Origin: Octopus bimaculoides
Taxonomy: Eukaryota
Direction of reading: 5' to 3'
Assembly: GCF_001194135.2 (NCBI RefSeq)
Contig: NC_068986.1
Location: 27,168,906-27,232,905, forward strand
Length of the DNA: 64,000 bases
In this document: positions 1-12,381 of the stretch, one piece after another
Layout: every line of letters starts with the position of its first letter
Position numbering within the stretch: the first letter of the stretch is position 1
Program-made: the position numbers and the translations under genes
The notes under the pieces: generated by a model
Seen by the model: only the letters and a program-made list of their open reading frames with translations
What the model was told of the DNA's origin: nothing
Database searches by the model: none

Positions 1-538
1 GGTTTCCACACAATTTCTGTCGACATCAGTTGGCCTTGGGCTACAGTAGAAGACACAGTGGGACTTAGATTCAGAAAGCCAAATTTGTGTTGGGCACTTT
101 TGGAGAGAACCCAAATATTCCATTGGTCACACTCTGGAATCACAAAAAGTCAAGTTATAAAAAAGGAAAACCAACCAAAGCTCAAGACCAATGATAATAG
201 TCACTATGAAGATCTGGGCTGCTTTTAATGTGAAAGGCATGCAATGCTGAAGGGAGGGAGAGAGAGAGGAGGGGACTATACTTTAACCTGCTTTGTGATA
301 GGTTTTTTTTTATAGTTTAAGGGAGCCAGTTCTTCATCTTGGAGCCTTTTGAGAATTCTTGGTCTAGACAGACTGACTGGGCTAGTCATTGCCCTAAAAA
401 GCCACTGCTATAAAAGGAGAGAATGTATTATAGGTATAAGTTGGTTAATTTCACCAGTGACAGATCTGAACCAGTTTTATTTCACTCTCTTCTAAACATG
501 TTGCATTGTACTCTGTTAGTGACATAGTGATTGTGACA

Positions 539-577
<39 letters not shown>

Positions 578-942
578 ACGTGCACGTGCTGTGTGGATAT
601 AGATTTTTTTTATTCTTCAATCTTGTTTATATTTTTTTACTGTTTCTTGTGCAATGACTTATTTTTCCTCTTGCAAGGGTGAAGTTTACAGGGTCAGATG
701 AAAATAAATATATTCAGTTTGCTTTTTTGTGTGTGTGAGAAAATTTTGTAAACACACTTATAAGTGCCAAGTTTGTGTTGGTATTCTACAGAAAATAAAG
801 GAATTCTTGAACGCAGGGTGGCTGTGCAGACAGCTCAGAAAACTGAGTAAATACTCTTTAGATGACAGGAAAAAGAGGTCAGCAAACCTCTATAGAGAAT
901 CGAACCCCATACCTCTCACACACACACACACACACACACACA

Positions 943-973
<31 letters not shown>

Positions 974-1792
974 TCAAAGTTGATGATTTACTACATCACT
1001 ATTCCGAGTATTCCCCACTGTGTACTCCTTGGCTGAAGGAGTAATCTTTTACTGTATATGATATATTGAATACTTTATTTTCTTCTGCTTATATGCATGT
1101 GTGTGCAAATGCACACACCTGTATATACATATACACATGCATAGTTATGTTTGTGTGTATAAAACATATGAACAGCAGCAAAGATTGGTGGAGGGTTTTT
1201 TCTGTATTCCTTTGTGTACCAGATGGCAAAGAACCATGACAAGTGGTGAGATGCAGATGCAGTGACTCTCACACAATCCGTGCTAGCCATGGATAAGCAA
1301 GTGTAAAATGATGATGATGAAAATAATAATGATATATGAATCACACACAAATACAAGCATACAATATAAAGTGTTTGGGGAGGAAAAAAAAAAATGACAG
1401 AAACCATCACATTTTCACAACTGTAATGCGATTGAAATTTTAGTGCAGTTAATTAGATAAAATATTTATGTATCGTTGTTGGCTGAACTTTTTGTTTTGG
1501 TTTCATGTTTATTTTATTTGCATATATTTATTATATATATATATATATATATATATNNNNNNNNNNNNNNNNNNNNNTGTTATTGTTGTTGATGTTAAAA
1601 CTTGGTTCTTGACTTAAGTAGGAATTACAGTAGCAAAGGAAAGAAAAACAAGAGCAAAATAATAATAATAATAATAATAATAGTAATAATAATAAAATCT
1701 ATCAATCTTCAATTGTTTGCTCATGTCCATTTTCCCATATTGATTTTGTACTGCTTTATGAGCTGGAACTATTGATAGTTGTGTGCTGATGC

Positions 1793-1830
<38 letters not shown>

Positions 1831-1939
1831 GTAGTAGTAGTATCATGGAGAAGTGGTAACAGGAAAACAGTACAGAATAGAGAATTAGCAAAGGGGGAGG
1901 GAGGTACAAAAGGACATAATGAAATAAATAAAAAGAAAT

Positions 1940-1977
<38 letters not shown>

Positions 1978-3582
1978 GAGAATAGGAAATAATAATAAAA
2001 GTTTCTTTTTTTTTTAAATGCCTAGAAAAAAAAAGCAAATATAAATAAAGAAATAAAGCAACATTAATAATCCATTGATTTGACTTGGTTGTTACAGCTT
2101 GCTGACATTATCTACTTTTTGTATTGCAATCTTATAGCAGGGTAATTATGGTGTTTTATTTATTTATTAATTATTGTTTTTTTTTTCCCATTATTATTAT
2201 TATCATACAGTATTTGTTGGTGATAGATTACAATCAGAGAAGATTGCATATGTCACAGGATAGCCTCAATTGTGAAGGCTACTTCAACTTTTTTATATTG
2301 ATGTTGTTTATAGTTTATCTAATTTTTTTTCTTCCCAATACATTTACTCAGAACAACAACAACAACAACAAACCCTCCCCCTGCACCCTCCAGAACATAA
2401 TGCCATAAAATTCGATCATATTTTATCTTTCCTGTTTTTTTTTGTGTTTTTTTTTCATATTTAATTTAAAAAAATATTTTTTTCTTCATCTAAGAATAGG
2501 CTATTTGATAGAGAATCCCCTTGACTCTTCCAAAACAAAAAAAATAAATAAATAAAAAATAAAAGAAAAAGACAAAACCCCAAAAGACCATTTAATTATT
2601 TTTATTTATTTATTTATTTATTTATTTATTTTTTAAAATATTGCTCCTCAGAATGGCACTCTATATAAGATTTACAGGAATTTTCATAGCCTTTAAATCT
2701 TTTGAATTATTTAAATTTTGCTAGTGGCGTTGGAAGAGAGTGTAATGTATCTTATATTTACTGAGAGCCACAGCTGGAATTGCTACTGTTATTGCAGACC
2801 AATCAATTGGCAGGCATCGCTCTGACATTGATTGAAGAAAATACAGCAGACAATCAAGTCTGTTCTTACAACCGTCATTATTTAAACAAGGACCACTTGT
2901 TAAATATATTCAGGAAAGCTGGTGCCGGTCTTCATGGAAAAAGATTCCTCGCCTTGTATTATAATTATCTTCTCATCTGCTGAAGCTAATTGTAATAATT
3001 ACTATCTTTTAGTCTTGTATTACACTAGTGGAGATCAGGAGAAACTATGTGGCAGACTACATTTTAAATGGCTCTATATCATAACTCACTCACATGCGTG
3101 TGTCTATATATTTATATATTGTGTGTGTGCTTGTACATGTATGTGTATGTAATGTACTTTGAGGACAGAAACCAGTATTCTGTATGTTATAATTAGTGTA
3201 AACATGAGCACCATTTTCTAAGATTACTCTCATGTGTAAGTGACCAAATGTTATGTTTATAAATAGAGCAGGAAATTCAAAATAAGTTGAAATAGTTTAG
3301 TAGTAAATTAATTACAAACCTTGAATAATTCCTCTTGATTATATGTGATTATTTGCTACACATTATATACATTAACAGTAGTTGTAATATCTAAAAAAGT
3401 TTAATTAATTTTTTTCATCTTCATCATTATTGTGAAAGTGTGTTCCACTGGCAGTTAAGTAAGAAACCATCTCCAAGAAGTTGAGGCATTTTTTATATAT
3501 AAGCCATGGATATTTTTTTAAACCTGTATTTTCATACATTATTTACATTTGATGGATATTTGTCCTCATTTTGTTTGTTGTT

Positions 3583-3628
3583 AACACAACATTTCAGCTG
3601 ATATACCCTCCAGCCTTCATCAGGTGTC
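3583..3628 (-). ncRNA. Minimal type I hammerhead ribozyme motif (degenerate copy 1)
   Basis: Minus strand reads GACAC-CTGATGA-A-GGCTG-gagggtatat-CAGCT-GAAA-TG-TT-GTGTT. Stem I is GACAC/GTGTT, stem II is GGCTG/CAGCT, the GAAA core is intact, and stem III is ATGT instead of palindromic ACGT. Confidence 0.65.
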
Positions 3629-3837
3629 TTTGGGAGATATTGAACCTGGGTTCTCATTTCTGAGGTATTTTTCGATGTTGTTGTTGTTATTCAGGTCACT
3701 GCCTGAAGTCGAACTCTACTAACCCCAAGATTCTGAGTTCGATTCCAGGCAGTGACCTGAATAATAATAATAATAATAACAACATCAACATCAAAAAATA
3801 CCTTAGGAATGAGAACTCAGGTTCAAAATTTCCCAAA

Positions 3838-3883
3838 GACACCTGATGAAGGCTGGAAGGTATATCAGCCAAAACGTTGTGTT
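3838..3883 (+). ncRNA. Minimal type I hammerhead ribozyme motif (degenerate copy 2)
   Basis: Reads GACAC-CTGATGA-A-GGCTG-gaaggtatat-CAGCC-AAAA-CG-TT-GTGTT. Stems I and II are perfect and stem III is the palindrome ACGT, but the core GAAA is mutated to AAAA (CpG>CpA). Confidence 0.6.
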
Positions 3884-4341
3884 AACAACAAACAAGATGA
3901 GGACAAATATCTGTCAAATGTAAATAATGCAAATAATGTACATAATTTCTCATCTCTTAAATATAGAACTGTATTTTCACGATCTCATGGATCGGATAGG
4001 GTTTCCTTGATTGAGAGGAATATACACATAGTTCTACTGTGTGGCATCTTGTGCAAATGTAATTTCTTTTAGCCTTGAGTCAACCCATATTTTGTGAGAA
4101 AAATTGGGTGGGCGGAAACTATATAGAAGCCCATCAGGTAAATTGCACCTGTAATTCAAAAGAGGTACAGCTTTAAGCAATCCAACGATATGCAGCTTGT
4201 TCATTGAACAATGAGGTGTAATTCACAAATCCATCTTTCCAGTTATACTTATGTTTCCATCTAGATAAGGACCATATTGCAGTATAGTCCTTATGATTGT
4301 CTGGGCTGAGTGAAAAAGTTGTCATTTTTAAGAGATTGTTT

Positions 4342-4505
4342 AGGTGCAAATGTGGTTGTGTGGTTAAGAAACTAGCTTCCTGGCTGTGTGGTCTTTGGTT
4401 CAGTTTCATTGCATGGCACCTTGGGTGCCTTCTACTATAATAGCTCTATGTCAACCAAAGCCTTGTGAGTGTATATGGTAGACGGAAAATAAAAGAAGCC
4501 CATCA
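4342..4505 (+). mobile_element. SINE family A (tRNA head + CORE-like domain), degenerate 5' part
   Basis: Matches the head of the full-length copies at 15130 and 57226 (tggttgtgtggttaag..ggttcagtt..gcaccttggg..ccaaagccttgtgag). Confidence 0.8.
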
Positions 4506-5199
4506 TATCTATGTCTTTCTGTCTGTACTCTTCTCAGGAGTTGAAATCCTGTGAAGATCAATTTTGCCTTTCACTCTTTTGGAGTTGTTAAATTAAAGTA
4601 CCAGCCAAGTTCCGAGGTTGATGATATCAACTAAACCCCACCCTTCATAACTGTTGGCCTTGTACCTAATTCCAAAACAATCATCATCATTATCATCATG
4701 ATCGTCATTGTTATTTAGCATGAAAAGATGTGTCATTAGATTTGCTGCCAGTAATTCGAGTTATAACCAAGATTTATTGAAAATTTTTCTTTTATCAATT
4801 ATTTTGCCATTGGAAGACTTTGAACCATTTCTTTTAGTATTTAACCCATTTACCTTTGGGTGAGAAAATAAAAAGGGTTTGTCCTTGGATATTTTCAATT
4901 ATAATTTGTAAGCATTTGTTGACTTGTGTTTCAAGATGGCTGCTTCCTGTGGAGTAGTGAGTAAGAGATGATAACCGTTTTAACCACAAAGGCACCTCGA
5001 ATAATTTTGAGAAAATTTTTTGAAAATTGCATAAAACCAAAGTTTAAAGAAGAAGAAAACCCCAAACAGAATCAAAAGTGATGACACTTAAATCAACACA
5101 TACAATTACGATCGCATACATTGATATTTTCTTTTAAAATAGCATACAATAGAATAGCAATTCCTCAAACAAATGCATTTGTAACACAAACAAAGGTTC

Positions 5200-5700
5200 A
5201 AGCATGGTTGTGTGGTTAAGAAGTTTGCTTCCCAACATGTTAGGGGAAGTGTCTTCTACTATTGCTGTGGGTCAACGAAAGCCTTGTGAGCAGATTTGGT
5301 AGACAAAAGCTGAAAAGCATATGTGTGTTTGTGAGTTTGTATTTCCCCTCATCTTCATGTGAATTTGCTGATTGTAGACAAAGGACTCACTGTTCATACG
5401 TACAGGGTATTTTGCTTGCAGTCCACCATGAAAGCACATTCAAGCTTCTTGACATGTCTTAACATATTGCTTGGCCTTTGTAAACAAAAGGCTGATTTAT
5501 ACAGTGTCTTTTGGTTCCAGTTCTCCACATAACCATATATTCAGGCTGTTTGTTGTTTGATACATGGAAACAGATGGAGGTTGGAGTCTGGAAGGGCATC
5601 CAGCCACAAAGTACTTTGCTCCCAATGTACTGCCATCAGATCCATGCAAACATGGAAAAGTAGATGTTAAAACAATGATGATACTGATGAAACAATGCAC
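5200..5700 (+). mobile_element. SINE family A head with RTE-type 3' tail (variant A2), degenerate
   Basis: A-type head at 5200-5330, then gaagggcatccagccac..ccatgcaaacatggaaaagtagatgttaaaacaatgatgat tail. Confidence 0.7.
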
Positions 5701-6480
5701 ACAAATAACAACAAAAATTTAAAAACCAGAGGTTGTAACAACAGCAGTATTGCTAGTGTTACCAGTCATTTAATAAGTTAACTCTCTGAAAACAAGCAGT
5801 ACATGGGAGAGATATGTGACAAAAAGATTCTGCTTTGTTGCTTGACCACCTTATCGAAGGAAGTGACACAACCTTACCTCTTGAAAAAACATGGTGTTTT
5901 TGTTATGCCTCCAAAAAGAAAAGCCTACTTAAATGGAAAACAAATAGAATGTGCAAGGGAGAGGGTTCTATCAAAGATATGAATTTCATTGTTGTGTAAA
6001 TCATCATTGTTTTTCTGATGGAACTGATGGCAGGCATTGAGCAATGATGAGGTGGACAAAAGGTTAGGTAATCTAGAAAGACACTCAAATACTAGAATGT
6101 TGGTAAAAAACACACTAAGAAACTATTATAACTTGAAAATTGTCAACCCAGAATACACAAGATGTTACTCACTGCCTCCAATGCAGAAAATGCAAGTGTC
6201 TTGGATGTACCAGGTTCCAGAGAGTTGTGGATTGCTCTGAAACAAACTCACTGATGGTTTATCACTTATATCTGGTTGGTTTATAGATCTGTTTTGTAAT
6301 TATATATTTTGTGTAATTACTGTGTAATGTCAAAATCTTAATAAGTCTTAATATATTGTATGTCTTTGTCCCCACTATCATTTTTATATATAACTTGGTT
6401 TTGTTTATTCTCATATATTTTTTACACCTTGGTATGCATTTTGTTATATGTATGAATAAGTCCTTTTGGTAGGAACAAAG

Positions 6481-6597
<117 letters not shown>

Positions 6598-7684
6598 ACA
6601 GTTTACAATTAAATGTCATATTTAAGTGTCATGTATGTTATATGTAAACTGTTCTGATTTAAATTAACTTTCAACATTTGAATGTTTCAACAATAAGGTT
6701 CTATCCACTTTTACATATGGTGTTGAAGTAGGATGCTAAGAGTTTTATTGTTATCTTTACTCCTGCTGCCATATCCTGATGCACGTATCCACCTCTGTAT
6801 ACCTAGGCTTTCCTCCTTGTCATTTGAATTGGAACTCCTCCTCTTTTAGTAATGTGTTATTGGATGCGTCATCCATCTTTTGCTTTCCGCTCTTTTTGTA
6901 ATTAGGACCATAAAAACAAATTCATTTTGGATCCGATATTATGTCTTTTCTTTTCACCTGTCAGTGTTTCTGTATGCCAGTATTTTGATAATTGTTTGGT
7001 GTATTGTGTACAAAGAGTGAAGCATATTCACCTCTATGGCATTTCACATACTTGATTATCATTTCTGAGTTGTAGCCAATCTTGCTCTGAGCTGACTAGC
7101 CAAGAGTCTGTCAGTGAAATTTCTTGCTGTTCATTGTTTTTCAAGAGCCACATTATTCATTCTGCTTATTTTGATTGAGTCAATTATCATAGACACAGCA
7201 TCTTAAACTGGCATATCAACAGTGAGAATTCAATATTAATAGAATACTGTATCAAATTAATGATATTAGTCATTTTATATGTAGTTAGAAGTCTGCCATT
7301 TGAACACAGCTAATGCCTGCTAGCTCTCATTTTTTTTTTTTTAATTCTTATTTTTCTTTTTCTATGATAATAATTGGAGTTTTCATTTGTGAAAAAAAAA
7401 AAGTTTTCACAACTCATATTTTGTAACACTTCATTCTGCACTCTTTATGCATTTTCACTTGATACTGTTTATTGAACCATTTTTCTACCAAAGTATTGAA
7501 ATATTTATTCATTACTTGTTTACAATTAGAGATAAAAATCTTCATAATTTCTTGTGTGTTGTCATGGTTAGTATCAAATTTGAATTAGTATTTCAAGATA
7601 GTGGCTGATTGCCTTGCATCGCATCTTTGATACTCCAGGTTTATTACATTGTCTTTTCTCATAATTTATATGTGCAGGCATTAC

Positions 7685-8040
7685 TGTGTTTATATGGAGG
7701 TTGCTAGGTAACCATACAAGCTCCAGTTCTATCTTCCCCTGGCACTTTGATCAAGTGTTTTCTACTGTTGCTTTGGGTTGATCAATGTCTTGTGAGTGGA
7801 ATTGGTTGATGACAGCAGCACTATAGAAGCTCATTGTGTGTATGGGCATGCATATGTGTGTTTGTATGAATGTTTACATTCTGTCTCTTTTCATGTAAGT
7901 GCTGATATTCAGTGATGTTTTGCTGATATTCATTGTCAACAAATCGTCAGCATTTCCTTTTACTAGAAAAATGGATAATATATATACTCATCTAACTCAT
8001 ACTCACATGGAAAAGTGGATGTAAAATGAAGAAACGAATG
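7685..8040 (+). mobile_element. SINE family A2, highly degenerate
   Basis: ggcactttgatcaagtg..ttgtgagtgga..agaagctc head and catggaaaagtggatgtaaaatga tail. Confidence 0.55.
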
Positions 8041-8422
8041 AATGAATCTACCATTTCCTGCAAATGAACAGTAGGTTGAAGTCCAATTATTAATCGGGTT
8101 TTTTCCTTTGTTTACCACACTTAAGATACATTTTACAAATAGTACCAGATGTGTCAGTTACAAATAACTTTTAGATTTACTTCTGGAGATCTTTCTAGAG
8201 AGAGAATCTACAGATGATTAACCTTAATTTTTTTTTTTGTTGCTTAAAAATATTGGTTCAGTAACTTATATATCTAAAAGCTATGAACAATATGTCTTCT
8301 TAAGATAGTTGATAATTTAATTTCTTCATACTAGAACTTTCAGCTCAACTATTGTACTGTTGCTTCTAATACAGGACAAGAAATGGCCAAAATTATCACT
8401 TTTGTACTTGTGAAAGCCCCTT

Positions 8423-8478
<56 letters not shown>

Positions 8479-8799
8479 TAGATGTAAAAGATAAAGGTTT
8501 TGTTGAAGTAGACTGATTGATTTCTACTAAAAAGAAAAAAAGTAGTCTTTTATTTCCATATGAAAGAAGGGCAATTTGACTAGCAGGCTAACAGTTCATT
8601 GAAGCAGTTTTCTGACAAGATTGAGAGCCACTAGTGGTGAAAACATGAATACTTTATACATAAGCTCAAAAATTAGGGAACACTTCTGAATGCAGATGCA
8701 ATACTATGAAACACTGCACTGTATTTGAGAACAAAGGAGAGAAATAGCCTCCAATATTGAGAGAAAATAAATTTAATGAATATCAAATGAAAATATTAA

Positions 8800-9021
8800 T
8801 CCTTTTGATATCAACCTGCTCAAGACCATCCCTGATTGTATAGTATAAAATTACTGTTTTAAGGTGATCAAAAATTAAAACCTTTCATCCAAATTTCTTG
8901 TTAATTTATGTTCCAAACAACAGCTTAATTACTGCTATGTCATTAAATTTTTAATTATTTTCAAAATTAACCAAAACAAAAAGTAGTAAACTATTTCAAG
9001 AGAAATATGGTAATGAAAGGG
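8800..9021. mobile_element. piggyBac-like MITE
   Basis: Starts TTAA|tccttttgat and ends atgaaaggg|TTAC, i.e. CCCTTT-type terminal inverted repeats with a TTAA-like target. A similar terminus (cccttt cattacc) starts near 63917. Confidence 0.55.
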
Positions 9022-9157
9022 TTACAGTATTTGGTAGTTTTGATAGCTGACATATTGACAAATCTTGCCACAGTGTTGTTAGGTATTCAATAGTTAGGTT
9101 GATCTGGTTGTTAATATTTGATTAGAAGGCAATGAGGTGACAGAATTGTTTGCAATG

Positions 9158-9835
9158 TGGTGAGCTGGCAGAAACGTTAGCACACCAGGGCGGCGAGTTG
9201 GCAGAAACGATAGGACGCCGGGCGAAGTGCTTAGTGGTATTTCATCTGCCGTTACATTCTGAGTTTAAATTCTGCTGGGGTCGACTTTGCCTTTCATCCT
9301 TTCGGGGTCGATAAATTAAGTACCAGTTATCCACTGGGTTTGATGTAATCGACTTAATCCCTTTGTCTGTCCTTGTTTGTCCCCTCTATGTTTAGCACCC
9401 TGTGGGCAGTAAAGAAATAAGAAACGTTAGCACACCAGGCGAAATGCTTAGCAGTATTTTGTCTGAATTTACATTCTGAGTTCAAATTCCGCCGAGGTCA
9501 ACTTTGCCTTTCAACCATTTGGGGTCAATAAATTAAGTACCAGTTGCATTCTGGGGTCAATCTAATCAACTGGCCCCCTCTCCCAAAATTTCAGGCCTTG
9601 TGCCTCGAGTATAAAAAAAATTGTTTGCACCCTGGGCAAAATGCTTACCTGAATTTCACCTGTCTCTATATACTGAGTTCAAGTTTAAATTCTGCCAAGG
9701 TTGATTTTGTCTTTCATTCTTTCAGGCTTGATGGAAAAAAAAAAAAATCTATTGAGCATTAAGGTTGATGTAATCAACCAGCTCCCTCCTCAAAAATGTT
9801 GGGTCTTGTGCCTAAAGTAGAAAGGATTAATATTT
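9158..9835 (+). mobile_element. Tandem cluster of three SINE family B copies
   Basis: Repeated unit ggcagaaacgttagcac..ctgagttcaaatt..ctttgcctttcatcctttcggggtcgataaattaagtaccag. Units start near 9158, 9421 and 9626, and the first has a duplicated head. Confidence 0.85.
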
Positions 9836-10069
9836 GATTAGATAGATGAATGTTGAATAGAGGAGTTTTCATTATTTTATCAAAAATTNNNNNNNNNNNN
9901 NNNNNNNNNNNNNNNNNNNNNNNNNNNNNNNNNNNNNNNNNNNNNNNNNNNNNNNNNNNNNNNNNNNNNNNNNNNNNNNNNNNNNNNNNNNNNNNNNNNN
10001 NNNNNNNNNNNNNNNNNNNNNNNNNNNNNNNNNNNNNNNNNNNNNNNNNNNNNNNNNNNNNNNNNNNNN

Positions 10070-10179
10070 CTTGTTTTCCTGGTCCTTTTTGCTGAACTGT
10101 TAAGTTACAGAGTGTAGACAAACCAACACTGGTTGTCAAACAATCGGGGGGTGGGGTGGAGGACAGACACAAAGACATA

Positions 10180-10233
<54 letters not shown>

Positions 10234-10453
10234 TGCACGTGTGTGTGTGTGTGTGCATGCACGTGTGTACACACACACACACACAGACATGGTAGGCTTC
10301 CATACAGTTTCCATCTGCCATATTTACTCTCAAAGCATTAGTCATCCCTAGGGCCATAGTAGAAGAACTTGCCCAAGGTGCAGTGCAGTAGGACAACAAG
10401 AAACCACATAGCTGCAAAGTAAGCTTCTTAACCACACAGCCATGCTTGCACCT
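10070..10453 (-). mobile_element. SINE family A1 with internal (GT)n
   Basis: Colinear with the 15130-15568 copy; 3' end lost in the N gap. Confidence 0.8.
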
Positions 10454-11246
10454 ATATTAAAAAATTTTCCAGTCATCATGCTTTTTCACTAATTATTAAA
10501 TCTTTGACACATCATGTTAAAATATTAATTACGTTAAATTCTCAGAGCTATGCTACCTTTTAATTCCTTCCTAGTGGGCCTACCTCAGAAACCAGCATGG
10601 CGTTAGAAAAAGAAAAAAAAACAAAAAACAAAGAAAAGAAATTAAGCATGTGCCTTAGTCAGCAGTTTGCTTTTGAACTTCTGAAATCTTTATTAGATTA
10701 AATTGGTTATGCCTTATTGCAATTTCCTAATGTGTTGTGAAAATATCTCCTAAGTGACTGGCTTTTGTTGCAGGCTTACTACCATTTACATACCAAGTTG
10801 ATCTTGGGTGTTTGTTTAGACCTACATATCTTGCAATCTTGACTCAATTAAATCATATAAACCATATTAGTGACATTTTTTTGTTCTACCGCTGAGTTTA
10901 CAATGTTTGGTAATGGTTTGGTTTCTAGCATTATTTCAGCAGCTAATTGTCTATAACTACTGCTTTAATTGACTTGCTTGCAGTCAAAGTTGTTAACGCC
11001 ATCCAGTATGTGATATCTTAGCATCTTGGGTGCGTGCCAAAGTTGTTGTTGTTGTTGTTATTATTATTCTTTCTCATCAAGATATATGTATTTTTGTTGA
11101 ATGTAAATGCTTGTCTAGCATTTGGATTTATTGTAACCAGATGTGTATATCAAAATACCATAAATGCAAACAAATTGTTTTTCCTTCTAGTTGACTCTTG
11201 CATAATGTAATTGGGGAAGATAGAGATGCTCATAATATGTATATAA

Positions 11247-11293
<47 letters not shown>

Positions 11294-12327
11294 TGTGTGT
11301 GTGTGTAAACATAATACATATTCTGGCACACATGTATTTATACACATGCACACACACACATGTACACATATGTGCTGATACATGCATTTATATGTATACA
11401 CATATATATGCACATATATTATATATACATATGTGTGTATGTAAAAGCAAAGTAAACACTATAAGTTAATACTCTTCATTTCTCCTTCTCCTGTAAACAA
11501 TGAAATATTCAAAAGCATCTGAAAGCCATTACATTAAAATATGAATGTATGTATATCTTTGTTCATGTTAGACTCACACATATATAGAAATTAATGTGTA
11601 ATGTTGCACTGGCTTAGGGGACTTATTTACTTATTTGTTACCATATAAGTATACTAGCATGAATAATTTTACCACCTTCAAGTCACCATTGGAGAACAGC
11701 TCATTGGCAACATAAGACTTACGCTGAGAACTGATTTATTTTGTTATTTGCAATTAACTCTGCAGCTAACAAACTACACAAATGGGATCTCTTAATTCAT
11801 AGATGTTGAATGTGCTTATAAATTCTGCAGTATTTACATTCCAACAACAGGAGGGCCAAATATCAATCAAAATAAACAAGACCAACTATGAAAAATAAAC
11901 TGTTAATTTCTAATATAATCCTGTAACTAGTCAACATAGCCATTTTGATGCCTATTATTTAGTTTTAAAGCGAATGTCAGATTCACAAACTATTTAACAG
12001 TAATTTAATGGCTGACTATTTAAAATGTATCAGGACACTTAAAAGAACACTGATGACAAGTTTTACTGGGAGAAAAAAAAAAAAAATTCTAACAACTTGA
12101 AACTGCTAATTATAAATTTACCACAAATCCACAAGCTGTGCTATAAGAATAGAAAGCGGTATCTAAGTTGACAACATCTGTAGTCATTTGTATGTAAAAT
12201 CCGGAACATAAACAGTATATGCCATCGTATGATTGCTGTGCAAACATCATTTTGTGAGATGTATACAGTAAGGTGACATTTTCTTTTCAAGTCATTTGAA
12301 ACCTGCAAGTTTCAGTATGTATATATG

Positions 12328-12381
<54 letters not shown>

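Larger units (their letters stand above)
3535..3968. mobile_element. Head-to-head inverted pair of a tRNA-headed, hammerhead-bearing (Penelope-type) non-autonomous retroelement
   Basis: Left arm 3535-3716 is the reverse complement of the right arm 3735-~3930 (about 16 substitutions by eye plus a microsatellite length difference), with an 18-nt spacer. The centre carries ctactaa..GAGTTCGATTCC (anticodon-loop-like plus B-box). Each arm carries a CTGATGA..GAAA hammerhead-like core. Confidence 0.75.

Noticed and set aside
3691-3760. tRNA gene
   Set aside because: Only a B-box and partial anticodon arm; no cloverleaf; part of the SINE-like element.
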